Assembly: GCF_040938485.1 (NCBI RefSeq)
Contig: NW_027271017.1
Span: 6,076,001-6,140,000, forward strand
Direction: 5' to 3'
DNA length: 64,000 bases
Origin: Diadema antillarum
Lineage: Eukaryota
In this document: in pieces, positions 1 through 11,655 of the stretch
Numbering within the stretch: the stretch's first letter is position 1
Layout: the number at the start of each line of letters is the position of its first letter
Made by a program: the position numbers and the translations under genes
The notes under the pieces: generated by a model
Database searches by the model: none
Seen by the model: the letters and a program-made list of their open reading frames with translations, nothing else
What the model was told of the DNA's origin: nothing

Positions 1-125
1 ACGCACCCACACATAAAGCTTTATGTTACTCTGGTCTTCGACGCTGCACCACTGATAATTGATAGTATAGAAATAAGCAATTTTACCATATATCAATATT
101 GAGTTTGGGGTGTTTTATCATTTTA

Positions 126-336
126 ATGGCTGAAGAAGAGGAGTTGTCTACACTGTATCAACAAAATCAAGTTGTGGAGCTTGAGCAATTTTGAAAGACT
201 TTCTGCATTTAAGAGAAATTTGAAAGTCAGTGGAAGGATACATGAGCTTGTCGCCTTAGTTTTCAGAGCAAAGAAGACGCCCAGGCTTGCTGAAATTGAA
301 ATTGGAACAGAAAGCCTCAAGCCATTCCACAAATGA
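126..336 (+). pseudogene. Degenerate SAP-domain-like coding relic, probably from a transposon
   Basis: Reading across frameshifts gives WSLSN/LKDFLHLR/NLKVSGRIHELVALVF, resembling the SAP motif; has stops, frameshifts and no continuation. Confidence 0.4.
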
Positions 337-1374
337 ATGGACAGCGAAAGATTGTTACAAAAAGTAACAAAGAATATTTCAAGCATTGTAGTGTCTTGAC
401 TGACAGCCAGGCCAGACCAGACTGGCGACCAAAAGCAATAAAGTAAGCTAGTGAGGCATACACAGGTAAGATCAGGTAGTCCTGGTAGGCAGTCTTAGAT
501 GACCACCGGTTAATTACAAATAAGATCATATGTCAATCACTATAAAATGTATGTCTATCAAATGTACAGGCCTGTCAGTACATGTACAAGCCAGATCATC
601 AGTTGGCTGCCAGACCTCAATAAAGTAAGGACACACTGCAAACTTGCTCTGTGCATATAGTCATTCTTTGTACTCAAATGTGAGAGAAGAATACTTCAAG
701 CATGAAAAAAAAAAATCCCACACAATACAAAAACTACTGAAAACCCTGGTCTATGACAAATAGTGAAATTACAACTCTGTAAACAAGGTGCATAGTTTGC
801 AAAACTACACATACCTGGTACAGTGTATCAAGGTCTTCTACTGATGATAGCAGAGACAATCATGGAGATGGCTATTGACATTATAACTCACCAACATCAT
901 TTGGAATCTGTGCAAATGGTGTTACACAGATATTTTTGTGATTAAACAAGCGGTTTTGATCTCATCGTAAATCAGACCAAAGTTCATTGTCAGCAAAAGG
1001 TAGTTTTTGGACTACAGCAATTGTAAACATTCTAGAGGGGGACTTTGCAAATTGATACAAAAGCACATGTGTTGATGAGACTGTTTTGCTAATTACTGTC
1101 CATATTCAAATAACCTTTGTAGATCAGATCTATTGCATGATGTAATGTATAAATCCCATTATCATAATGAGGGAAAGGGGTGCTGGTGAGGCTTGTCAAG
1201 AGAGAAAGAGTACAATGTTCATTATAGGGAGATGCTATAAAAACAAAACAAAACAAAAAAATAAAAAAGAACATCATTCCATAAGACATTGCTGCCTTAG
1301 ACCACAAATAATACACATTGGCATCTACAATTGTATTGCCTGAACAGCCTAGGGACTGTGTCTTTCAAGTTTTA

Positions 1375-1461
1375 CCCTGTTGAGGATGAGTCCCGGAGTA
1401 TACTTGGCAGGTGCCTATGAAAAAAGGCGTGTTGTGGCAAAATCAGCCCGTCCTCAACGGG
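1375..1461. mobile_element. piggyBac-like MITE (~87 bp)
   Basis: Left end CCCTGTTGAGGATG; right end reverse-complemented CCCGTTGAGGACG; flanked by TTTA and TTAA. Confidence 0.6.
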
Positions 1462-3205
1462 TTAAAGAGCGTGTCAGAGAGCAGTGTAAGATGATCCTGT
1501 GCTTCTTTAATTGTGTGCTGCATAGATGAGGTCTTCGAATTCGGATGATGGACATTTTATTCCTTCAGCTAATTTTTTTCATTTGTAAAATTATGCTCTG
1601 AAGCATGCTTTCCCACTGTACTCACATCTAAGACATGTCCTGCAATTTGAATTGCAGCCTTAATTTTACTCCTATTATGGGTATGCTCTCAATTATTCCA
1701 CGCATTCATTCATCCACATTTTTACGAGTCTGCGCAAAACTTTACAATGAAAACAGAGCTGATGAGGTTTAAGGAACCTGATGCTTGACAAAGGTATGTA
1801 ATGATTGTCACACCACATATTTACAAGAGCTTCCTATAAATTTTTTCTAAATCTATGCACAAAAAAAGAAAAGAAAATAAACAAGATTTAAATTTTGCAC
1901 ACTGCCCCTACTTTTAAATAATGTTAGTACTTAATGCAACTTCTAAATACTCTCCTGAATAAAAATATCTATGAAAAGAATGTCATTCATCTACAAGAAG
2001 CAAGGTGTTTGTTTTTTTCTTCAGCTGTTTGGTCTTTTTGTAATGCATGCATGGTTACCCTATGGCCAGCTTAGATCCCTGTACAGCATACCAGTAGTGG
2101 TAAATATCCCTTGGATTCATAATACCACATTTTACATATGTAAAACTTGTACAATTAATGTATGTAAAATTCACTAGTACCACATATTAATAGGCTCCTA
2201 GCACATATCACAAAACATCACATGAAAGGCAATTGAACTAAACATACAATGTATGCTTGTACATGTATGTTTGTTGTACGCTTGTGCACTGTAGCATGAG
2301 ACATATACATGTACTATAATAGCTCACTTCCACACACTCTAGACAGCTAGACTTTCCTGGCAATTGAATACACTGTTTTATGCTGTAAGAGTGGTGTTAT
2401 CATTTCATTTATGTGATTCACCCTGCTAGCATAATACAGTGTCATACACTGTATTCTGTCACATAAACCTTGAATTGTAGCTCTCCCTTTACACCAATAC
2501 CCTGTGCAGATTAAAATCAACTAAAGTTTAAACAAATATGTGAAAAGGTAAAGATCATGTCATCAAGTAATTAAAGGAAAACCCCTCAAATCAAGTCATG
2601 CTAGAATGCTGGCAACTATCAATTCCCCCTTTTATTTTGAGGGAGGGCCAAAAGGCAGACACTTGATGCAAAACAAAACAAGGAAAATTCTGCATTATGA
2701 CAAATGTGCGGAGAACAAGATGTGGGGAGATATTATCTAGACTGTGCATGTAAAACACTATTGAATGCACTCTGGGAGTCACAGATGATAATAAAATCAC
2801 CAAGATCCTCCATAAATATCTCCCAGGAATAAGTACACAATACAGCATCCACAACTCTCATTTCTTTTGTACACTGGAATATATGGCAGCAGCTTGGGTG
2901 CCAGAGAAATTCAAAAATACCCATGCACACTTGTACTGTATGACAGAATACCTTGGTAAATGCTACATGGAGCTCCAGTGCATGGCTGAATACAGTGGCA
3001 TCCTAAATTCTCATTTCTCTACCAAGGCAAATAGCAGCAGCACCATCAAATCACTTGTCACACACAGTAAAATGGTGCATTCAAGTCACATAAATTTCAA
3101 GAGAAGTCAAGCAAAGTTGTGCGTACATATTGTCATTTCAAGAAGACTACGAGTTCACATAATTCTATCTAGAAGTAGTTTACTTCTGACAATGCCTAAA
3201 AAAGG

Positions 3206-4948
3206 TCAGTCATTATCAAATGGTGGTCCTAGATACAACTTACACGCCAGACCACAGTTGTGAGCTCGGAGTGCCTTCGGCATGGGGGACCCAGTTGTCC
3301 ATTCATTGGTGGATGGATCGTAGATCTCGGTTGAAGAAAGCGATTGGTAGTTATCCATCCCACCTGACACAACAACCTTACCTTGCACCGATGAAGCTGC
3401 AAAGAGATGTCTCTCTGTGTTACACATAGGCACAGGCTGAAGAATCGCATTGTGCTCCACATCATACACCTTGATGCCTTGCCTGCCGAAGCCACTCATC
3501 AGGTAGATCTTGTTCCCGTGCGCTACAGCAGGGAAGTGGCAGCTCGGGATGGAGATGCGAGTCAGTATGCGCCAGCTGTTGAGAGTCGTGTTGTAGCACT
3601 GGATGTGCTCATAGGCCATGTGCATTTCTGTGCTTCCCCCAACCACGTAGACCTTTTCCTTGATGGACACCACAGCAGGATCTGCAACTGCCTGTTGCAG
3701 AGAAGTGACAACTGTCCATTTGTCCTGTGACCTGACATATTGCTCCACTGCCCAGTCCATGCCATTTTCATTTTCTCCTCCTATGACATACATCTTTCCG
3801 GCTTTTGTGGTAGTGGCACCATGCAGCTGCCGAGCGCCATTCAAATCTGCTCCCTTGGTCCATGTGTTAGTACTCGGGTCTAAGATCCAGCAAGCACTTG
3901 TAATTGTTCGATTAACCTTCCCTCCAGTCACATAGATCTTGTCCTCTAACACTGATACAGCAAAATTGCTGATGCTATGAGGGAGCTGGGCAAGATTAGC
4001 CCACTTATCTGAATCAGGCGAATAGTACACAACGTCTCTTATGCTAGAGTAGTTCTTGCCATAACCACTCACCACCACCATCACCTCCGCATAGGTTGAC
4101 GGACGAGGCATAGGGCTGAGGCCTTCAAGGTTTGACTTACACTGGTACTGCTGCTGCATGGATATGGCTGCAAGGATGTGCTTTGCACTTTTGCTGTGGT
4201 CCCCGATGATGGGATTGGACAGGTGGCTAAGGAGGACGTTGGGCTTGATGTACACGAGGCGGACATTCCCTAGCACCTGGTGAAACTGCTCAGCTCTGTC
4301 ATGGCTAAAAGCACACCAGGCCATGCATGCTTTCAAGATGACCTCTTCCTTCTCCACATTCAGGTCGTCAGAGGAGACATAGTCTACCAATTCCTCTGTG
4401 GAAAGCCTGAGGAAATCCTCCTGCTCACTGACAGTCACAAAGTTCTCCTTGCAATACCTGGAGGCAGCATCCAGTAGATCTTGGCAGGAATAAGTCTCGG
4501 CCAGATGTTTGATGCCCAGACACGTGGAAGGATTCAGGTGCCGCTTGAGGAATTTGCAGCATGCATCCACAATGCTCTGGTACTGAAGATGGCAGGCTGC
4601 CTCCAACAGCTCCTGAGCGTTTGATGTGTTGATTGTCAACTGGGATGTGTAGGAAAACTCAATAATCTTGTCCACCACCGCAGCACCCATGCCCTCCAGG
4701 GTCACAACCCCTTTGACTTTTTCCAGGAAGTCGTTGCTGAACATTGCATAAAAGTAGGGGCTGCTACATGCAAGGATGGCTCGATGGCAGGTGAAGTTAC
4801 TGTTCTCCACTTGGACGGTAATGTCAGTCATGCTGCCTGTCTTCCGCATGTCATTCAAGAGGCCAAAGACCTTTGCAGGATGTTTTGCCTCATAGAAAAC
4901 ATACTCCTGCTGACTAGCACAACTTGCACTATGAACTATGGCAGCCAT
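3206..4948 (-). CDS. Kelch-like protein (BTB-BACK-Kelch), 580 aa, single coding exon
   Basis: BTB (DITVQV..F.CHRAILACSSPYFYAMF), BACK (CLGI...AETYSC..L) and about six Kelch repeats with GG..Y..W spacing; splice acceptor at 5022/5021 and in-frame upstream stop support ATG 4948. Confidence 0.95.
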   Translation of the reverse strand: MAAIVHSASCASQQEYVFYEAKHPAKVFGLLNDMRKTGSMTDITVQVENSNFTCHRAILACSSPYFYAMFSNDFLEKVKGVVTLEGMGAAVVDKIIEFSYTSQLTINTSNAQELLEAACHLQYQSIVDACCKFLKRHLNPSTCLGIKHLAETYSCQDLLDAASRYCKENFVTVSEQEDFLRLSTEELVDYVSSDDLNVEKEEVILKACMAWCAFSHDRAEQFHQVLGNVRLVYIKPNVLLSHLSNPIIGDHSKSAKHILAAISMQQQYQCKSNLEGLSPMPRPSTYAEVMVVVSGYGKNYSSIRDVVYYSPDSDKWANLAQLPHSISNFAVSVLEDKIYVTGGKVNRTITSACWILDPSTNTWTKGADLNGARQLHGATTTKAGKMYVIGGENENGMDWAVEQYVRSQDKWTVVTSLQQAVADPAVVSIKEKVYVVGGSTEMHMAYEHIQCYNTTLNSWRILTRISIPSCHFPAVAHGNKIYLMSGFGRQGIKVYDVEHNAILQPVPMCNTERHLFAASSVQGKVVVSGGMDNYQSLSSTEIYDPSTNEWTTGSPMPKALRAHNCGLACKLYLGPPFDND

Positions 4949-6309
4949 GATTGTCTTTGTTCCTCGGGTGCATAGAGTCCTAGCTGCCTATGCTGAGCTG
5001 TGATGCACTGTCATCTGGCACCTGTAGATGAAGTACAGTACAGTAAACTCAATTAACACACACACACACAAAAAAAAAAGACAAGTGAAGCTGTATATCT
5101 ATTATAAATCATTCAGGGTGGTCCACAACATGAAATTTGAGCATGTTGCAAGCTCTGAATGTGAGAATATCATGGAGGGAAGGGGGGGGGGGGGGGGCTT
5201 GTCCTTGCGGCCAGGGTCGGTCTAAGGTATACATACTCTCTGGTGCTATCTAAGCTGTACCTTGACATGGGATTATTTTATTCTCATTTGCCTTGGAGAA
5301 ATATTATTCGACACATTGTGCAATTATTTTGCAGAATAAAACCTTTCCTCTCTTGTGAATGAGGGACATACCAATTTTTGGCATTGAGAAAAAGTTTATG
5401 AGGAAGAAGAAAAAAGCAAACAACAACAACAACAACAATTCACTAAAATCTTGGATTATTCACCTTACATGACAAAATCAATTAACAAAGCAATAAATTT
5501 CTCTTCATCATCAACATTAGTACACCCCATCTGGTTAGCCCATGTATTAGGGAGTTTGACAGTATCCAAAAAGGAAAAAAAAATCATATTGCACACAGGG
5601 GATACCGACAGTACTTAATTCGATTATGCCAACCACAGATTGCTTACACAAGAGCACTTTTATAGATGAAAGAAATTTCCCCACACTGTAAGACAATGGA
5701 AGAAGCAATACATACCAAGTAGCAACTCAAACAAGGTATGGATGCATTCATTTGCATGTATCTCGGAATTGAGGACAGGTGGGGTGAGAGCCAAGAAAGG
5801 TATGAAGGCAGACTGTGTGTGTATGAAAGTTATGAAAGGAACTAACTGTTGGCACTTTGCTGCCTGTGTTGTGTGCTAAACATCTGGGGACAGGGAGGCA
5901 ATATTTGGTGACTTAATTCCCATTGCGCTGCTTACTGTACACCCAATGTTTTGAATCATGTTTTGTGCACAAATTTTCTAAATGGTTTAATGTATCTCAA
6001 GTTTTGCATATACATTTGTATGTGTTTTTCACATGTTTGATTACATCTTATTTTGAGTCTATTTTTCTCTGTTCATATTCAACACAAAGCAATGTCTTGA
6101 ATATGAACAGAGAAAATGGATTGTGTGGGTTGGCCTTTGTGGAAGGGACCAAGTTTTTGCACAGGTGGCCATGTTGCAGGTTTTGAACTATGAAATTTAC
6201 CGTACCTAGAATTTTCCCTGAAGGCCACACCTTGCTTTTATAGTGATGAAAGTACATCACTGTAAATAGTATGGTGGGAGAGAAGGAGAGTCCAATGGGA
6301 CTCATTTAT

Positions 6310-6690
6310 AAACCAAGTTTAGATAATTGTCTTTTGAAGCATAGGAGTGTGGGGGCATCAATAGCCATCTGTGGTTAGTTTGTTCCGGCCACTGACAACT
6401 CTCTGGCTATAAGTTCTTCCTTTTAGAATGTCAAGGCAGTTTCTTGTATTGGTTAGCTTTGTGAATGACCTCCTCTTCTATCAATTCTGGCATTCTCGAA
6501 GTAGTTCTCTGGTTTGCATATATCAAATTGTTTCATTATCCTGCAAGTTTGAAGGAAGCCTTGTCTCTCTCTTCTTTTCTCCAGAGTAGTTACAAGTTTC
6601 AGTTCTGCTAGTCACTATGGCAGATGTTGAATGTTTGGGAGGAGTTTTGTGGCTCTTGCCTCTAGTTTGAACTTTTTCCAACACCTTTTT
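6310..6690 (-). mobile_element. Decayed CR1/L2-group LINE, 3' end of ORF2
   Basis: Frameshifted translation LEKVQ..RATKLLPNIQHLP..TTLEKRR..RIMKQFD..RGGHS..YSQRVV..APTL..FKRQL matches CR1 ORF2 C-terminal motifs. Confidence 0.75.
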
Positions 6691-7718
6691 AAAAGGAAAG
6701 AGGAAACCCTAAACACAAACCTGCAGTCATGCAGGTTGGCCTGTTTTATTTGACCACATTCATTGACAGATCTCATCCATTCCAGTGAGACTTAGAAAAA
6801 GTGCAACTTGTCATTGTTGTCTTTAAAGTTAAATGTGCTCAGTCATGCCTGCCATTTATCAGCGCAAGCAGGTACTGATGGAAAGGACAATAGTTCTCCT
6901 TTCCTTACAATCAACATTGCAATCTCCATACCGTAGTTGATAATTATGAAACAAAAGCCCTCTAAAGTTGGATTACTCTTTTTTTTTTCTTATATTATGC
7001 ACTGTAGGCCTAGAGCAAGCCACCCATTTCGTCCATAACAGTAAACACCATCCAAAATTTGAATTTTGGACGGCATTATGATCAGATTATGGGCGGCTTG
7101 GTCTTGATCTTTATGATAATGTTACAGCTTTGGTTGGACCACATGCACATACGCATTTAAACTCTGGAGTCTTAGGCCAGGTGATTTTTTCTTTTAGAAC
7201 CAGTATCCATGGCGACGAATGGCCAGCAATAATCACACTTTGCTTAGCAGGACTAGGAGGTATGTTTACTCATAGATTATTTACCGGATATCAAAGGCAG
7301 TGCATACAACCACATGCGCGTGTCTTAAATTACCATCTAGCCACAGCCATAGCCATGGCCCGAGTCACGGGATATACAGTCTGTAGCCACACTTGTATCC
7401 ATACACACAAAGAAGATCGATATTGCATACAGAGAAACCCATAATGGCCACATCAACACACAATGTAAAAACAACTGCAAAGCAATGAAGCACAAATAAC
7501 CTCATTACAAGACAACCAGGCCCTAGATGTCTGGGACCCCCGTTTACAGTGCAGGGCTGGGCCGAGCCGCGGCCGAGCGCGGCCTCAATTGCGGTACTCA
7601 GCCCCGCAGTTTTGTCCATTTACAGTGCCGGGCTCAGCCCGGGCTTTTAATTCAAACCTTTCAATATTTTGTCGTAACAAATGACTATCATTGGGAGCGC
7701 GCCGATTGCAATTTGGTA

Positions 7719-7877
7719 TAGTCTGGTTTCCAGACCCTTTGCCAACTGGACCCTGCGACGAAACCGCCACCTTTACAAAGACCAAAACCACCTTAAATTA
7801 TACTAGTTTTCAGCGTTGAGGGCGTCAATATCCTGAATAGTGAAATAGTACGGGCAGAGGGTCTAGAAGCCAGACTA
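7719..7877. mobile_element. MITE with ~20-bp TIRs
   Basis: TAGTCTGGTTTCCAGACCCT versus reverse complement of right end TAGTCTGGCTTCTAGACCCT. Confidence 0.7.
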
Positions 7878-7909
7878 AATTTGGTACTGCATCAGGCCCA
7901 GTTTGCAGT

Positions 7910-8068
7910 TACATCACATCACGCATCCAGCACATACAGACAGCGCGCAAGCTGTGAGATTTTGAGATTGCGCACGCATCCTCCGGTGCGTGCACAAGCT
8001 CGCTCTCAAAATCTCACAGCTTGCGCGCCGTCTGTAGACTCTATGTGCTGGATGCGTGATGTGATGTA
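7910..8068. repeat. Foldback palindrome with ~60-bp arms
   Basis: TACATCACATCACGCATCCAGCACATA..GCGCGCAAGCTGTGAGATTTTGAGA mirrored by TCTCAAAATCTCACAGCTTGCGCGC..TATGTGCTGGATGCGTGATGTGATGTA. Confidence 0.9.
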
Positions 8069-9269
8069 TTTGAAACGTCGCGTCGCGGGATTCCAGAAAA
8101 CAAACTGGAGTACCCACCTACTCTATCAGTGTGGAATAGTAATTTGGAATATATGAACAAGATCAGGTTAGTACTGATGTTATTTTTCTCATTACGAATT
8201 TTTGTAAAAAGATGTAAGACTTCACTCTTCGGCTTCACGAGGCTGATACGTGCGCAGAGAGGTGAGAGCCGCAGAAAAAAGCACCGAAAATATTTAGTCA
8301 GATCAGGCCGCTAGATGCGGCAGTCTTGCATTGTGCGAACACGCTGGCGCCCGTGTTTTGATGGGTCGCTCTGCATCGGTTGATTAAAACTTGTTTTTTG
8401 AAGAAAAAAAACAGAATTTTTTCTTCTTTTCATCATGGATAGTGGACATGTGTGTGTAACAAAAAATCACCGTGCAAAGTTGTAACAATGTATACGTCAG
8501 ATGTGAGATGAATAAAAAGTGAAGGGGGGGGGGGGTTCTTGAGGCCCCCCGGGATCGGGAGGAGGCCTCATGCCTCATGAGGCGGGGCAGTGCTCGTACG
8601 CGGAGGCAGTCCTCGTGAGCGGGTTTCCCAGACTGATATCGCCCCGCGGCCCCAAGGGCCTGTCATGGCCATGATGGGTACCCTGGCCATCCCATGCTCA
8701 TGAGCATGCCCCACCCTCACTCCCCCCCCCCCCCCCCCCCCCGAGCGAATTTCCCGGACTTGCCTACTGTACTATTATTAACTTAAATCATTCCATGCTT
8801 TAATTGTCGGCACAATTGCCGAATTGTCTTAGTGAGTCTTACCCGCTAAAACATGTCTTGCTTGGTCGATTGGTGAGAAAACGAGCCGCCCGCTCAACTG
8901 CTCAAGCCTCAAATTCACTGCCGGGCACGGCTAAAACTCACTCTGCTCTGTCTTCACGTTAGACGTCGCGTTTTATATGTTCAAAAGCTCCGCTCCCGAG
9001 CTCTAGGTCGACCTGCGATCTGTTCAGATACTGCATACCGTGGTACTCTTTCAGCACTTTTGGTTTGCGCTGAAAAGCTTTTCAACTGAAAACGCAGGTA
9101 CACATACATGACATTCGTGTCGATGGTACACGACGTCGTTGGAGTTGTGTGTATCGACAACAATGGTGGTGCAGCAGGCAGGCGAACAACAGAGTGCATG
9201 CACACCACACTCACCTGCAAATGTCAACATCATTGCATGCATGGCGAGGTCAACAGTAGTGCTCGCTTA

Positions 9270-9554
9270 CCATGCGCCACACGCAAGTTGAATGGGAAAT
9301 CACGTGACCAGCTGTAGAATCTAGTCAAGACGCGTACGTAAAATAAAACTCTTCTACTTACTATTTATAGGTAATGTAGCCTGTAATTTTCGTAAATCAA
9401 AATAATAACAATGTAAAATAAGTGTTATTAATTGCTTTCATTTCAAATGATTTCATTTTTATGTTTTTTTTTACGTGTGACATGGGTATACATAATTTAT
9501 ATCTTTAAACGTCTTGATTCACGGATCTCCATTGCCTAGTTCATCGTAAACAAT
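9270..9554. promoter_or_regulatory. Putative bidirectional promoter (Kelch gene - / SEL1-repeat gene +)
   Basis: Strong minus-strand donors at 9270, 9214 and 8842; plus-strand ATG at 9555; CpG-rich; E-box ATCACGTGAC at 9299-9308. Confidence 0.55.
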
Positions 9555-9779
9555 ATGGCTGAATTTTCGACGCTTTTCGAAGACGGCGTCCGAGCAAGAA
9601 ATGTCTTCGTGCCCGATAGGCAAGAAGAACATGATGATCAGTACGAGGAGGAAGAAGAGGAGAAATATGCATTCACCGATGAATCTGGACCAGAGGAGGA
9701 CACGTCCCTTCCATTTAAGGGGAAGGTTTATCTCGCTCGTCGCAAGAAACCCGATACCTGGCTCACAACGATAATTGAG
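9555..9779 (+). CDS. SEL1-repeat membrane protein exon 1 (acidic N-terminus)
   Basis: MAEFSTLF..EEEEEEK..KVYLARRKKPDTWLTTIIE; donor GAG|GTAGTT. Confidence 0.85.
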
Positions 9780-10258
9780 GTAGTTATAGACAAGCCAGGA
9801 GGCCAACTACTAGTATTAACCCGTATAAAACGTAACCCCCCCCCCCCCCAGGCTGTCCACTGGCACTGCACTGTACTTAAAGTGTTACGTGTAAACCATT
9901 TTTACTAACGTTAGTAGTAAATGGAGCTACACATGTGATGTAGCGTTAGTTGGGTATCCAAAACATCGACACCAAAATGTTTGACACTTAACTCACTGTT
10001 GACACTGACAGTGTTTTGCCTGAAACTTGACTCACATGTTCAGAAAAATTTTTTGGTAGAGGGTCTACTCTGAATTCACAAGTCAGTGTGCATTAAAAAT
10101 GCGATTTGTGGTACACGCTCGCTCCAAGAATCACAAGATAACTGCCACATTAGCGTAAACTGCTACGAATGTGACGTGTGGGTTGTTATTTTGACATAGT
10201 CTACTCAGTTGCGCCGTACTTTTGAAACCAACACCCTTTACCTTCGATTGACAGTACC

Positions 10259-10634
10259 CAGAGCTACCAAGTCTCTCACGCATTCTGCGTGAGACTCAAG
10301 CATTTAGGGTCTGTCTCACAATCTCACGCATGGCACCCATTTTTCTCACGCATCTGGTGAAGTCTGCAATTTGGGCCAAAAATAAGGAGCATAGCTCAAA
10401 GGATTGAAGTGATAGTTGCAATTGAAGGTATATTTCCCTTTTGCCTTTCAAAATTAGTAAAAAATAGTCACTAAAGTATGCACCAGATTGCATCATTAAG
10501 AGCTAATAATTTAAAAAAGCTCCCTACCATTGGAGGGGGACACCCTCCTCGTTCGCGTGCGCATGCGCGCGAGCGCCGAGATGCCGAGTCATAAAAATCT
10601 CACTCATAAAAGTTTTTTGAACTTGGCATCTCTG
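10259..10634. mobile_element. Non-autonomous DNA transposon, CAGAG termini, 7-bp TSD (P- or hAT-like)
   Basis: TIRs CAGAGCTACCAAGT / CAGAGATGCCAAGT (12/14); CAGTACC on both sides (10252-10258, 10635-10641). Confidence 0.75.
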
Positions 10635-11467
10635 CAGTACCGATACGTGTGAAATGCACGTAATACCTTTCCAATGTGCATTTGTAATCTACGGTATCAT
10701 TGTTTTGCTGTTGATCTTTTTTTATTGTCGAGCTGAATTATGAGCTGAAGTTAGAAGCCTAAAATAATATAGCCTCCAAAAACCCAGGATTGCCAAGAAT
10801 TCCATAGAATTTCCTGTCTTTCTTAAGTACACATTCCCGTTTGTCATGGTAAGTTTTGACTTGTTACTAACTTCACAAAGGGAAGACTCAAGTGCTCTTT
10901 TGTTGTGCGAGAAATGTGAATGTTGAATTTTCTGTAGGCCTATATCATTCATAACTTTTTCTAGATGTTCAAAGTTTGAAGGGATTGTCTAATTTTCTTC
11001 AACTTTCAGTTTCACTGATGTGTTCAACTTATTGCTGCATTCACTCAATCCACATTCATTGTAAATGTCAGTATTTTGGTATGATTAATTAATAACGTGC
11101 TGAGCGGCTCAAAAACATATTCGCGGATTGTTGAATTCACGCTGCACAATTGTCAATCCATTCACAATGTGCAGAGAAAAATGTGAAGATATTTTCACAG
11201 GTTTTAGAATTCTTGCTAGCCAGAAGTACCAGTAATGCCAATTACACAAAAATTAATATACCGCTAAAATGTCCACAATTACAGTGTATGAAGGTGAACT
11301 TGTCCTTTTACTGGCATGTCTCATGGTGTACTGTAGTCACTCAAATACACAGGTAAAGTTTAGGCAGTTGAACAGAGCAATGTAAATAACCCAAGAGCTT
11401 AATATGTTTCACTCCTCGGTGCATCCAGAGTTTGCTTATATTATTCAAATGTTTACATGCCTTTCAG

Positions 11468-11655
11468 ATCTTGGTGGTTATTTTTGTGGCATGGTTCATC
11501 TACTTCTCCTACTACCACATGGACAAGCTGCAGTTCCATGTCACCCACTTCTATGCTCACCTTGGCCAGCCTCATGCAGCCCACATGGTGGGCCAGAGGT
11601 ACCTGTGGGGAGAAGGAACCCACACTGATGAGGACAAAGCCATGGAGTGGTTCAG
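11468..11655 (+). CDS. SEL1-repeat membrane protein exon 2 (TM helix + SEL1 repeat)
   Basis: TTTCAG|; ILVVIFVAWFIYFSYY..AAHMVGQRYLWGEG...DEDKAMEWF; donor AG|GTGATT. Confidence 0.9.

Noticed and set aside
2883-4975. Several short ORFs overlapping the Kelch CDS
   Set aside because: Shadow frames of a GC-rich coding exon with no domain signal
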